Assembly: GCF_902713615.1 (NCBI RefSeq)
Contig: NC_052158.1
Location: forward strand, 17,914,546-17,978,545
Length of the DNA: 64,000 nt
Source of the DNA: Scyliorhinus canicula
Lineage: Eukaryota
Reading direction: 5' to 3'
The notes beneath the pieces are model-generated. The model was not told the origin of the DNA and did not search any database. It worked only from the letters and a program-made list of their open reading frames with translations. Of the stretch, positions 41,420 through 54,549 are shown in pieces. Position 1 is the first letter of the stretch, and every line of letters begins with the position of its first letter. The translations under genes and the position numbers were made by a program.

Positions 41420-41852
41420 AAACACTGGACTTGTATAGAAAGAACCATAATCTCCTGAATTGTGTTCCAATTGTGGCACAATTCATTGTGAATCTTTATT
41501 TTGTTTCCTCCCTTGAATAAATATTTTATTTGAAGACGGGACTGACACCTGGTGTGATTCAGTGAATGTGCAAAGAATGTTTTTTCACTCTTGTAAGGGA
41601 TGTCGCTGGCTGAGCCCTCATCCCTAATTGCCCTTGACAAGGTGGTGTTGAGCTGCCTTCTTGAACCCGCAGCAGTCCCTGTGGTGTAGGTACACCCATA
41701 GTGCTGTTAGGGAGGGAGTTCCAGGATTTGGACCCAGCGACAGTGAAGGAACGGCCAATATGTTTCCAAGTCAGGATGGTGAGTGACTGGAAGGGAACCT
41801 CCAGGTAGGGGTACAAGGAATAAGAATATCAGAATAGGTTCCGGAGTAGGAC

Positions 41853-42157
41853 ATATAATAGCAATCTTTATTGTCTCAAGTAAGCTTACATTAATACTGC
41901 AATGAAATGACTGTGAAAATCCCCTAGTCACCACATTCCGGTGCCTGTTCGGGTACAAGGAGGGAGAATTCAGAATGTCCAAATTACCTAACAGCACGTC
42001 TTTTGGGATTTGTGGGAGTAATCTGGAGTGCCCGGAGGAAACCCAAGCAGACACCGGAAGAACGTGCAGACTCTGTACAGACAGTGACCCAAACCGGGAA
42101 TCGAACCTGGGACCCTGGTGCCGTGAAGCAACAGTGCTAACCACTGTGCTGTGCCGC
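41853..42157 (-). mobile_element. V-SINE of the (ATT)n-tail family, independent insertion in spacer 3
   Basis: Reverse complement of the 12856-type SINE; interrupts GAGTAGGAC|CTGTGACCATTC seen at about 10884. Confidence 0.8.
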
Positions 42158-42798
42158 CTGGGACCATTCAGTAAGATCCTGTACATGTTTCAATAAGATT
42201 ATCTCTTATTCTTCTAAACTTCAAAGAATAGAGAGCCATCCAACTCAATCCTTCCTTATATCGGAAAACCCTTTCATCCCAAGAATCAATTCCGTGAACC
42301 TTCATTGCTCCCTCTAAGGTAAGTATATGTTTCCTCAGGTAAGGAGACTGAAACTGTCCACAGTCCTCCAGCTGTGTCCACACTCAATCCCTGTTACATT
42401 GCAGCAAGACTTATTCTCTTATACTTCAGCCCCATTGTAATAAAGGCTAAGATACCATTTACCTCCCTAATTGTTCACTGTATCTGCTAGTTAACTTTCT
42501 CTGCTTCATGGATACACAAATCCCTCTGATTCCCAACATTTAAAACTCATTTAAAAAAAATATCCTGAGATCCTCATGTCAAATTGATAATTTTATCAAA
42601 AGGTATTGGGCATTGAGCCCTTCCAGCCTGTTCCACTATTCAGTTCGCTCACAGCTGGTCTGTATCTGAACCACATTTACTCACCTTCGTTTTATAACCT
42701 TTGTGTGAAGAAGCGCTTCCCGAAATCCCCCCCTTCATCTCTCTCACCCTGATCCACACTTTCCCCATGTTGGCTGGAAGGGCTTTACATGGAGCAGC

Positions 42799-42813
42799 GC
42801 CGCCATCTGCTGG
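42799..42813 (-). promoter_or_regulatory. CTCF-like motif, spacer 3 (reverse orientation)
   Basis: GCCGCCATCTGCTGG is the reverse complement of CCAGCAGATGGCGGC. Confidence 0.6.
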
Positions 42814-44299
42814 CAGTACTGTGAATGACCATTTGAACTGTCCGTTGCCTTTGAACTGGAGGTTCGATTCAGTGAGGACGAGGCCCTTGTTTCAGGTGAA
42901 GCAACATTTTAAAGTCTGGGCTCGATGGCAGCATTTACACTCACAGTGACTCCCAGTGGGAGTCAATGGAAAGGGATATTGTCCAGAGTGTTCAACAAGA
43001 GGCTGATTCACTGTCTCGCATTGAGTGCTGCCACCCCAGTCGAATATCCTATTAATAAGCATCACTGTCTCAGTAACATGTCTTGTGAGATGATCACAAA
43101 CTGTGGGTGAGGCAACAGCAGAATCAACTTCACGATTTGTTCAAACTAACAGAAGATTAACAAGCGGGTGGAGCAGGAGGTGAAAAGGAATTTAAAGATG
43201 TTATTGGGCAGTCAATGTCCCAGCTCCTGATGTGTAAATGTGATCGAATGACTGACAGAGCCTGTCCCTTCATCACTCTCCAGTAAATGGAAGCTCAGCC
43301 CAGGTAGGGTGGCTGTGTCTGTGGATGCCTGTGTGTGTGTGTCAGGGTCTGTGTTTGCATGTGTGTGTGTGTCAGGGTCTGCTTTTGTGTGCATTTGTGT
43401 GTGTGTGTCAGTGTTTGGGTCTGTTTGTGTGAGGGTCTGTGTGTCACGGTCTCTGGGACTGGAGACTCCCCTCAGGACAGTTTCCAGCATTTTGATTCAG
43501 TCAGAGACAGCAACAAATTACATTTATATAGAGCCTTCAATGCAGGAAAACATCCAAAGGGACTCGAAAGCAGCGTCAATCAGACAACAATATTTGAGAC
43601 TGAATCTGTTCTTCGAGACGCTTCTCCCCACAGGCAGAGAATGTGCAGCATCTGAGAAATGAGCAGCTCCAACACACCATTGTTCCTGTTCACTCCAGTT
43701 ACAGAAACTCTGCACCAACTTTCCATCTTCCTGTCCAGAAGCTGATCAGAGAGGTTCCGGCAGGATTGAGGGGGGAAAAGATGGGCCCGGATTTGGGAGG
43801 GAGAGAGAGAGACTCTCCAGGAATTTGGAGAAGGGGGAGGTTGGAGATGGGGGTGGACATGTTCAAATAGATGTTTTTTGTCAGAATGAGGGTCAGACGG
43901 TGACAGGGTGGAGAGAGGATAAGGAGGGGCTCAGGGATGAGATGGATTTGGAAAGGATTTGGGGGGGAGGGTGAGGAGAGAAACTAGAGAAAGATGTGGG
44001 GGTGAAGGGGGGATGTTTAGTCAGTGGGTTGGGGGACAGGAGGTTAGTAACAGAAACAGCTGTAAGGATGGTCTGGATTGTAACTAAGAAAGCCATTGCT
44101 GAGTTCCTCACACGGGTGTGTTGAGGGAGATGGGGAAAGGGGGGGGGGGGGGGAGAGAGTTTTCAAGGGGTGGGTTTGTAGAGAGAGAATAGAAATAATG
44201 TTATAAATCTGACTTTATAAAAGTGAAAAAGCCTCCAGACACAATAAAGGGGTCAGTTTGATTTAATTCCAAAGTTCCTGACACTGAGTGTGTCACTGA

Positions 44300-44354
44300 T
44301 CACGTGAAGTGAAATCCAGGAAGTGCAGAGCTGAACAGGAATTGACAGCGAAAG
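44300..44354 (+). promoter_or_regulatory. Proximal promoter, copy 4, with degenerate ISRE
   Basis: GACAGCGAAA at 44344-44353 replaces GAAAGTGAAA; the E-box and ETS sites are retained. Confidence 0.65.
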
Positions 44355-44394
44355 AGCTGGAACAGGGAAGGAGAGAGAGACTCTGGGCACTGAG

Positions 44395-47300
44395 ATGGCA
44401 TCTCCAGATCTCACACAGGAACTAACCTGTTCCATCTGCCTGGAGATATTCACCCACCCGGTTTCTCTGGAATGTGGACATCATTTCTGCAGCTCCTGCA
44501 TCTCCCGGAGTTGGCAGAAGGTCCCGGGAGATGTTTCCTGCCCCCAGTGTCGACAGGTCTTCACCCAGAGGAACGTCAGGCCCGCTCGGACCCTGAGTAA
44601 CGTCGTGGAGAAGTTCAGAGAGGTGAAGGTGACACAGCCACAGGAGGAGTTTTACTGTCAGGAACACGAGGAGAAGCTGAAACTCTTCTGTGAAGATGAA
44701 CACAAAGCGATCTGTGTGGTGTGTGGGATGTCCAGAGCTCATAAGACGCACAGTGTGATCCCAATAAAGGAGGCAGCCCAGATATACAGGGTACTGGATC
44801 ACTGCTCCTGGCACAGGTAGATGGGGAAGAGGGACAGGGTGTAAGTCACAGAGAGAGAGAGTGTTTGTAGAATATGGGGAGGGGAAGAGAGGGCGGGAGA
44901 GACAGGGATAGGGAAGGGGAGAGGGATGTTGAAAGAGGAGAGGGTTGGAGCGAGGAGAGGATTGATTGAGGAGGGGAATTAACCTGGAGAAGGATAATTG
45001 CAATAAACAGAATTAACCCACAGCTTTTACTTTGTTTATTGAGTGTAATCAATCCTGAGAATATCTCCTTCTCTACCTCACTGGCCTCACTCTATTTAAA
45101 CACAGCAAACTCTGCCAGAAGGTGACAATGATTGTTTCCTTTGACAAACCCATTTGTGTCCTTTCTGTCTCAGAACAAGTTAGAACCATCATTGGAAACT
45201 CTGCAGAAGCAAATGGACCTCAGTCTTCACAGTAAAAGAGAACGAGAGGATGGGATTTTCCACATGAAGGTAGGAGAGTGTCCTTTAGGCTTTGTGTAAA
45301 CTTCCCTGTGTTTGTTATTGAGAGTGAGTGAGCTTCTCACACAGTCAGAGAGAGTTTTACTGAATAAAATGCTGCTGCTCCAAAGTACACTGCGGGCTGC
45401 TCCCTGAACTGCAATATAAGGGACCGTCTGTAAATTGCAGATTATGATAACAATGTGAAAATGTCTTAATTTCTCTCTCAAGCCAATCCTATCGATTGAT
45501 GCAATAAATCTTGTCTTTAACTCATTCCCGGGGATCTATTATTCTATATATAAACCATCTGAACCCCTCGATTATATTCCAGTCTGTAACTCACACCCAA
45601 GTATGCATGGGGCAGCACGGTAGGATGATGGTTAGCATAAAAGCTTCACAGCTCCAGGGTCCCAGGTTCGATTCCCGGCTGGGTCACTGTCTGTGTGGAG
45701 TCTGCACCGTGTGTGCGTGGGTTTCCTCCGGGTGCTCCGGTTTCCTCCCACGGTCCAAAGACGTGCGGGTTAGGTGGATTGGCCATGCTAAATTGCCCGT
45801 AGTGTCCTTAAAAGTAAGGTTAAGCAGGGGGGTTGTTGGGTTACGGGTATAGGGTGGATACGTGGGTTTGAGTAGGGTGATCATTGCTCGGCACAACATC
45901 GAGGGCCGAGGGGCCTGTTCTGTGCTGTACTGTTCTATGTTCTATGTATATATAAACCAACTGAACCCCTCGATTAGATTCTAGTCTGTAACTCACTCCC
46001 AGGTATCCATTATTCTATATATAAACCATCTGAACCCTTCGATTAGATTCCAGTCTGTAACTCAGTCCCAGGTATCTATTATTCTATATATAAAGCATCT
46101 GAACCCCTTGATTAGATTCCAGTCTGTAACTCACTCCGAGGTATCCATTATTCTATACATAAACCATCTGAACCCCTCGATTAGATTCCAGTCTGTAACT
46201 CACTCCCAGGTATCCATTCTGAATTCCTCAATTAGATTCCACTTAGTGACTCAGCCCTTGATGGATATTATTTCATAATTAACCACTGGAATCACTTTAC
46301 AATGTTTGTTTGTTTGTAACATAACCAAAGTTCCATCTAACTGTTCAGCAGACAGTGGGCTGTTATTATTTGTTATCCTTGCTGGATATAAATTTTTATC
46401 CCTATATCCCAGTGGACAGAGACCAGGGGCACTGGGATTATAAACGTTGTTTATTCCGTTCTGTATTCAATCTGTTCCAGGCTGAAGTTGACAGACTGAG
46501 AAATGAAATCAACAGTGAATTTGAAAAGATGCACAGGTTCCTGTTTAAGAAGGAGGAGCTGATGAAAGCAGAGTTGGAGAGAAAATGCAATAAAATATTT
46601 GAGGAAATGGAGAACAATTTAACCAAAACCATGAATGAAATGTCTTCTCTTGAAGGAGCAATAAGAGATCTTAAATCGAGGCTGGAGGTACAACTGGCCC
46701 CAGAGTTCCTCAAGGTACAAAATCTCTTTGTCTTGTGCAGTGAAACATTCCAGAGACTGAGGGTGGGCACTCTGACCTTTAACCTCTGGGTTTGGATTAG
46801 GCCTCAGTCTGATTGGTTGGATGATTGTCACTTTGTGCTGTCAGTAAGGGTCCACTGGGAAATGAGGTGAGATAATCTCAGTTTGATTCCTATACACAGC
46901 GTAACCACGGCACTGATTGATGATTGGACTCCGAGAGAGCTGGGCTGGGAACTGGAGATGTTTACACTGCTGCAGATGGAGTTCTACTGAGATCTGATGA
47001 GGACGGGTTAAAGTGCATTATTGCAGGGGTGATGGAGCTATGGTTAGAGAGATAAGAATGGGAGCGGGTGAGGGTAGAACGCCCAGCTGGACAACAGTGG
47101 AGAGGAGATGGAGGAGGATGGTGTGATCGACTGTGTCAAAGGCTGCAGGCAGACCGAGAATAATGAGGAGGGAAAGTTTGTTAGGATGGGTTTTTTGGGG
47201 AGAGGGGTGAAGATGTAGATTCAAATGAGAGAGAGAGACAACATCTGAAGAGATGAAACAATTTCAAATCCCAGCTAACATGGGGACTAGGAGGGGAGGT

Positions 47301-50300
47301 TGGGAGATCAGTAGTTTTTGGGAATAGGATGGAGGGGACAGGAGGTGGGTCTGATGGATAAGATGAGCTCCGAGAGGGAATGAAAGGAAAGTAAAAGTTA
47401 TTTTCTAATTGAAATCTTGGTCTAATGATTCTGTCCCTCTTCATAATTTCTACTCGAGATTTACAACAAGAACTCTTTAATCTGACTCGATCATATCTAT
47501 TCTGTTTCTTTCCCATCAGGATATTCAAGAGCTGTTGATGAGGTAAACAGATAAAAAGAAACAGTTTTGTGATGTGATCACTGCTGTCTCTCTAACACAC
47601 ACTGATTTCCAGACCTGTTTTTACAGGAGTCAGATGGAGTTTTACAAGCCTGGAACTGTCTCCACTCAGTTACCTGTGGCTATCGCTGGTGAACCAGTCA
47701 AATACATCAAAGTGTGGAGGGAAATGAGAGCAGTGATTTCACCAGGTATCATTCTCTGTATATTACTATCTCCCTGCTGTTATCCACATGATTAATGAGG
47801 TTTGACACACTGATGAAATGATCAGAAGATCAGGAATAAGAACAGGAGTGGTCCAGCCCAGTGAACCTGCTCTGATTTTTGATAAGATCATGTCTGATCT
47901 AATTTGGGCCTTTACTCCACTTTCCTGCCTGTCCCAGATGACCCTTAACCCCCTTGCTGATCAACAGTCTATGGAACTCGATCATGAATCAATGACCCAA
48001 CCTCTGCTGCTCTCTGTGGTACAGAATTCCAAAGACTAATATCCCTCTCCGAGAAGGAATTCCTCCTCATCTCTGTCTTCAATAGAGGCCCCTTCATTTG
48101 ATGCTGTGTCACCGACACCTCGATTGTCCCAGAGATCAAGCATCCTCCCAGCATCTACCCTGGTGAAGGAATCCCCTCAGAATGTTATGTTTCTATAAGA
48201 TAACCTCTTATTCTTCTAAACTCCAGTGAGTACAGACCCATCACTGATCAGTAATCTCGGGAATTTGCAAAGATTACAACCTATGCATCCACTTTCTCGC
48301 CAGCCCCTCCTTTAACATCCTGGGATGCAGGACATCAGGTCCAGGGGACGAGTTGTCTTTAATCCCATCGCTTTTCCAGATACTTTTTCTCTGATGATCA
48401 TGATTGTTTTAAGTTTATCCCTCCCTTTCCTTCCTGCTTTTCCCCAACACTGGATGACCCCAGCTGTTGTTCTCTGTATATTGTTGGGTATTTCTCTGTC
48501 CCCAGATTATAAGAAAACATTTATTTAATGATATTGCCAGTCCTCAGCACAGAGCTCCGATTGGTCCCCACATGCCCCGTTGCTAAGACTGATACTCTTC
48601 CCCTCACTCCATATACCAGTTACCATGACTACATTCTGTCCCCTTCTGTGACCCAAGGACAGGAACTCCCAACCTAGGCAGACTTCACCTTCTGTCTCTT
48701 CCTCAGGATTTTGTCTTGCAGTTCAGAGAAGTGTGAGGTTAATGTATTGGGAGGGGGAAGATGTGGCAAGGGAATAGACAATAAGTGGTAAGATAGTGAG
48801 AGGTGTGGAGGAACAGAGGCAGATTTGAGTTTATCTCCACAGATTCAGGACAGGTGGATAAAGTGGTGACGATAACACACCGGATATTTTGCAGTCCTGG
48901 CCAAGGAATAGAGAATAAGAGCAGGGATGTAATGTCAGAACTTTATTAAACACGAGTTAGTCTACAACTAGAGTACTTTATATCTTTCTGATCAGTGTGC
49001 TGGTGAGGTTACCAAGGAGATTAATGAGGGTGTTGGCTGGTTCAGAGAACTTGAGTTCTGCGTTATGATTGGATAGATTGGGGTTGTTTTCATTGGATCA
49101 GAGGAGGCTGAGGGGAGATTTAATTGAGGTGTATAAAATTAGGAGTGTCCAGATAGAGTGGAAAGGAAATCCCGAGTCCCATTGCCTCGGGGTCCCTGAT
49201 CAGGGAGAATAGATACAGGATAAGAGGGAGGAGGGTTAAAGGGATTATTTTCACACACAATGTGATCTGGATCTAGGACTCTCAGCCTGAAAGGTTGATA
49301 GAGGCAGAAACCCTCATAACATTTATAAAGTAATCAGATCTACAGTGAAAGTTTTGTAACCAAAAGTGTTATGGAGCAGAAACTGGAAACTGGGATTGGG
49401 CTGGAGAATTCTATTTCAGCCGAATCTCACATGTTGCTCTGAAATTGCCTCTTTCTGTGAATCCCAGAATAGTTACAAAACTATGCATTCCTGATCCTAA
49501 ACACTCACTGTGTGAACAGGTTTTCCCTCACGCTAATGTGGCTTCTTTTGTCAATCAGTTTAAATTCTGTGTCCTCTGGTTCTCTTCTCTCAGTGGAACC
49601 ACCTCAGCCTCTCCAATCTGTGTCCATAACTGAATTTCCTCCTCCCAGAACCATTGTGGTGAATGTTTCCTGCACTCTCTCTAATGCCCTCACATCCTTC
49701 CTCAAAGTGTGTTCCCAGAACAGAGTTGAGGGTTAACCAGTGTTTTATACAGATATAACTTTGTCACTCGATTCTCTATGTTAATAATAAAGCCTAAGAT
49801 GCTGCATTCTTTATTAACCACTTTCTCTCCCTGTCCTGGCACCGCTAATTGCGAAATTATATCCTGTGCATTAAGGTTTAGGTCATTAATTTACATCAGG
49901 AAAGTCAGAACCCTTTGAATACCAATGTATATCTATCTTCAGTCTGAACAAGCAACAACTGTCGTTCACCCCGTTTCATATCCATGTTGCTACTGTCCTC
50001 GTTATTCTGTATATTTTCTATGTTTCTGCCTGTTAGGGTGACTGTTCCCCTGTTGCCAGAGACTAGGGAACATACGAGGAGGTTAAAGGGCAAAACCGTG
50101 TATTGAGATATTGAAGTTATTTCTCTGTCATTCAGATGTCAATTTTCCACCAGGATCACTCCTTCCAGCTCTACAACCCCCTTATCCTGGCTGAGATCTC
50201 GGAGGGGGATGTAGGGTTGGAGGAGGAGAGCCCACCCCCTTGTCCTGGCTGAGATCTCAGAGGGGGGGGGGGGGGGTAGGGCTGGAGGAGGAGACCCCAC

Positions 50301-51520
50301 CCCCTTGTCCTGACTGAGATCTCGGTGGAGGTTGTAGGGCTGGAGGAAGTTACAGAGATACTGGCTGGGAGGATGCCGTGTAGACATTTAAGTTTGAGAT
50401 ATGTCTGGGTCAGAAGGCGATGACGGTCAGTGAGAATGGGGTCTTGGAAACGGGGAAGGTGAGGAGGATCACGAGGGGGGAGGGGGGGAAGGTGGTTGGT
50501 GATGGGTGTATGGGTCTTGGTGGAAGTTATGACTGTGGGCAGCAGAATTTGGATGAGCTCACGCTTCCGTTTCGGGTTCCACGTTGAAAATAAATGAACG
50601 CACATCCAGACTCCCCCTTGACTGTTGTGTACAGAGCAGTGAGACAGTTAATGTTTCAATCCCATTCACAAATTGAAAAACGTGTCAACACTGTCCAAAA
50701 AATGTCACTACAGGCTGGACACAGGGCAGTGACCGACTTCCTACAACTTGTCTTAACCGAGGTCCTGTACTGGAGAGAGATCTTTATTCTCAGTGAATTG
50801 ATGATGATCTGTGCTGGGTGAATGGAGCTGAGGGAATGGGGAGGAATTTCTTCAGACACTCTGTCCCTGAGCTTCCACAGTTCCTGGGCTGAGGAAAGTG
50901 GTGATGTCCCATCACCGTCTGTTCACGTCTCATCATTCACTCCTGTTTTTCTTATAGTAACAGCTTCCCAATCATGTTCTCTTCCAGTTCCAACATCTCT
51001 CACCCTGGACACAGAGACAGCAAATGACGGACTCATCATTTCCCAGGATCTGACTAGTGTGAGGTACAGAAATGAGCAGCAACCTCGACCTGATCATCCT
51101 AAAAGATTTGATAAAAACTTAGATGTTTTGAGCTCTCAGAGTTTCACATCAGGGAGACACTACTGGGAGGTGGGTCTTGGAAACAAACCTCACTGGATTT
51201 TGGGTGTCTGCAGAGAGTCTGTCAACAGGAAAGGAAACATCACAGAGTCACCTGAGAATGGATTCTGGGTCATCGCCCGGTTTCCTGACTGCAAATCATT
51301 GAAATTCCTGGATGTCATCTCCCAGCGGAAAGTGAAACCCCGGAAGTTGGGAATTTACCTGGATTATGAGGGAGGACAGGTATCATTTTACGATGCTGAG
51401 GACATGTCTCACCTGTACACCTTCACTGACACATTCACTGAGAAACTCTATCCCATCTTTAATCCCTGTAATAATAACTCTGGTAATAACTCTGAGCCAC
51501 TCACACTGCTCTCTGGGTAA
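44395..51520 (+). CDS. TRIM E3 ligase copy 4 (RING-Bbox-CC-B30.2), about 466 aa
   Basis: Exons 44395-44790, 45174-45269, 46481-46714, 47520-47542, 47627-47745, 50988-51520; GT-AG, open frame (1401 nt). Confidence 0.92.
45609..45946 (+). mobile_element. tRNA-derived V-SINE (HE1-like) inserted in the 69-bp array of copy 4
   Basis: Pol III B box GGTTCGATTCC; V-domain GGGTTTCCTCCGGGTGCTCCGGTTTCCTCCCAC; 3' tail CAACATCGAGGGCCGA..GTTCTATGTTCTAT shared with the CR1 tails at 1081-1142 and 61100-61155. Confidence 0.88.
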
Positions 51521-52542
51521 CACAGTGGGACACGCTTTCGGTCTGCGGAGTTTTAGTGAGAAGCCTGATTCATGTTGTCCTAATTCTCTGCTGTGTGCTG
51601 TCAGGGGGTGAGTGTGTTTCTGTATTGTTTATTCTGTAAATTTAACTCAGATTCTCCACCCATCCCACTGTCCCGATCTCAATCTAATGGGACCCATAAA
51701 CACTGGGCTGGTATAGAATGAAGCAAAATCTCCTGAATTGTGGTAACTGTGCCCAGCTCTCGAACAATTCATTGTGAATCTTTATTTTGTTTCCTCCCTT
51801 GAATAAATATTTTATTTGAAGACGGCACTGACACCTGGTGTGATGATTATTGATTCAGTGAATGAGCAGAAAGAATGTTTTTTCACTCCTGTATGGGATG
51901 TGGGTGTCGCTGGCTGAGCCCTCGTTGCCCATCCCTAATTGCCCTTGAGAAGCTGGTGTAGGTACATCCACAGTGCTGTTAGGGATGGAGTTCCAGGATT
52001 TGGACCCAGCGACAGTGAAGGAACGGCCGATATGTTTCCAAGTCAGGATGTTGAGTGACTGGAAGGGAACCTCCAGGTGGTGGTATCAGGAATGAGAATA
52101 TCAGAATAGGTTCCGGAGTAGGACCTGTGACCATTCGGGAAGATCCTGTCTGAACATCAACACCGACTCTACTTTCCCATCCTATCCCTTCATTCCCTTT
52201 GTACTCAGGAATATATCGATCTCTGAGAGGAATATACTCACTGACATCTCACCGAGGTGGAGAATTCCAAAGATTCACAACTCTCTGAAGGAAGGAATTT
52301 CTCCTCATCTCAGTCTTAAATGGACGACCCCTTATCCTGATTCTGTGACCCCTCGTTCTAGACCAGTCTCAGCGTCTACCCTGCCAGGATCTCTGAGAAT
52401 TGTATATGTTTCAAAAAGATCATCTCTTATTCTTCTAAACTTCAAAGAATGTAGATCCATCCAACTCAATCCTTCCTCATATCGGAAAACCCTTTCATCC
52501 CAAGAATCAATTCCGTGAACCTTCATTGCTCCCTCTAAGGTA

Positions 52543-54360
52543 CCGTATATACTCACGTATCATGCGATCTCGCGTATCATGCGACCCCTAAATTTTAGAC
52601 CCCAAAACATGATTTTATGCTATACCTCATGTATCATGCGAGTCACTTTTTCGAGACACCAAATGAGATACCAAATTACGCCGTTATCAACCAGCTGTTT
52701 TGCAGTTTCTAATCATGGTAATAAGCAGTTAACTAACGCGTAACACATAATGGTCGATTACATTCTACCATTAGCCACTATGGAGAAAAGATCTGCCAAG
52801 AAATATACTGCCAAATTGAAGCTGCAAGTCGTTGCCGAAGTGGGAACACAGCAACAACGTTAAAGCTGCAAAGCTGTTTGGTGTCGGAGAAAGCTGTGTC
52901 CGCAACTGGAGAAAACAGAAAGAGAAATTGATGGAAAGTCCTTCCTATAAATGCGCTAATCGTGGGTCGAAATGTCATTGTCCGCAATTAGAAGATAACG
53001 TCTCAAAGTGGGTGTCCGAAAATTGGGAAAATGGTTATATTATAACTCAATCTAAAATTAGACTTTATGCTTTCCGAGAAGCAAGAAACATGGGCATTCG
53101 TGAGTTTACTGCAAGTCCTGGATGGTGTACACGGTTCATGAAAAGACATGACTTTGTGTTAAGAAGAAAAACAAAAATTGCACAGAGACTCCCAAAAGAA
53201 TTAGAAGAAAAAGTGACTAGTTTTCAAACATTTGTAATCAAACATCGCAAAGCTGACAGCTATCAGTTATCGTGCATTGGAAACATGGATGAAACACCCG
53301 TGAATTTTGATATGCCATCAAACTCAACCGTTAATAAAGTCGGTGAGAAAAGTATTTTTATCAAAACTACAGGGCTTGAAAAGACACATTTTACGGTTGT
53401 ACTAACGTGTATGGCAGATGGGACAAAACTTCCTCCAATGGTTATCTTTAAACGGAAATTAATGCCCAAAGTAAAATTTCCAAATGGTATCGTTGTCCAT
53501 GTCCATGAAAAAGGTTGGATGAACGATAATGGTTGCAAGTTTGGGAATCAAGAGCAGGTGGTTTACGACGCCCAAAAAGTTTACTTGTGTGGGATATGTT
53601 TAGGTCACATCGCATGGATTCTGTTGTGAAAGCTGCTCGCGAATCAAACACCGATATAGCAATCGTTCCAGCTGGCTTGACTAGCGTCGTTCAGCCACTT
53701 GACGTATCCATTAATAAGCCATTTAAAGACAATATAAGAAAGAAATGGAATGACTGGATGATGGAAGGAGAGAAATCATTTACGAAGGGAGGGAATATGA
53801 AGGCTCTGGATTTGCCTCTACTGTGTTTGTGGGTAAAAGAAGCATGGGCAGAGATAGAGTCAGATTTGATTGTTAAAGCATTTAAAAAATGTGGAATAGC
53901 AAATGCTTTGGATGGAAGTGAAGATGATGCTATATTCGAAGACACAGGAGAAGAGGATGAAGATATTGAAGACCTGGAAGGTGATCAGTATGACGACTGC
54001 CTCGATGAAGAAGAATTCCAAGCTTTATTTGATGATGACACTGATAGCAATGAAAGCGAATTTGACGGATTTTAGTTAACCTGCAAAAGTTTGTTTTAAT
54101 AGTTTTTTAAATAAAGTTTTATTAAAGTTTGTTAATTAACCTACATATGTATCCCTGTTTTATATTTCATTATGTCCATAATAATGTCCATTTGACTTTC
54201 CGTTAATGGATACAGTCTGCTGAACAGCCTAACAGCCTAACAGCCTAATCTTGACCAGTACTTCACACCCAAAATTTTGTATCTCACATATCATGCGACC
54301 CCCCAAATTCAGGTCAAAATTTAGGTCTTCAAAGGTTGCATGTTACGCGAGTATATACGG
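52543..54360 (+). mobile_element. pogo-family DD35D DNA transposon (Passer/POGK-like), full length, transposase frameshifted
   Basis: TA TSD, 25-bp TIR CCGTATATACTC(A/G)CGTA(T/A)CATGC(G/A)A; ATG 52780 to TAG 54075 with frameshifts near 52840 and 53535; Brinker-like and CENP-B HTH domains; NMDETP...VWD(35 aa)PLD; empty site CTAAGGTAAGT at about 11307, 28843, 42314. Confidence 0.93.
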
Positions 54361-54549
54361 TAAGTATATGTTTCCTCAGGTACGGAGACTAAAACTGTCC
54401 ACAGTCCTCCAGCTGTGTCCACACTCAATCCCTGTTACATTGCAGCAAGACTTATTCTCTTATACTTCAACCCCATTGTAATAAAGGCTAAGATACCATT
54501 TCCCTCCCTAATTGTTCACTGTATCTGCTTGTTACCTTTCTCTGCTTCA

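Noticed and set aside
45609-45680. tRNA gene
   Set aside because: tRNA-derived SINE head followed by a V-domain and LINE tail.
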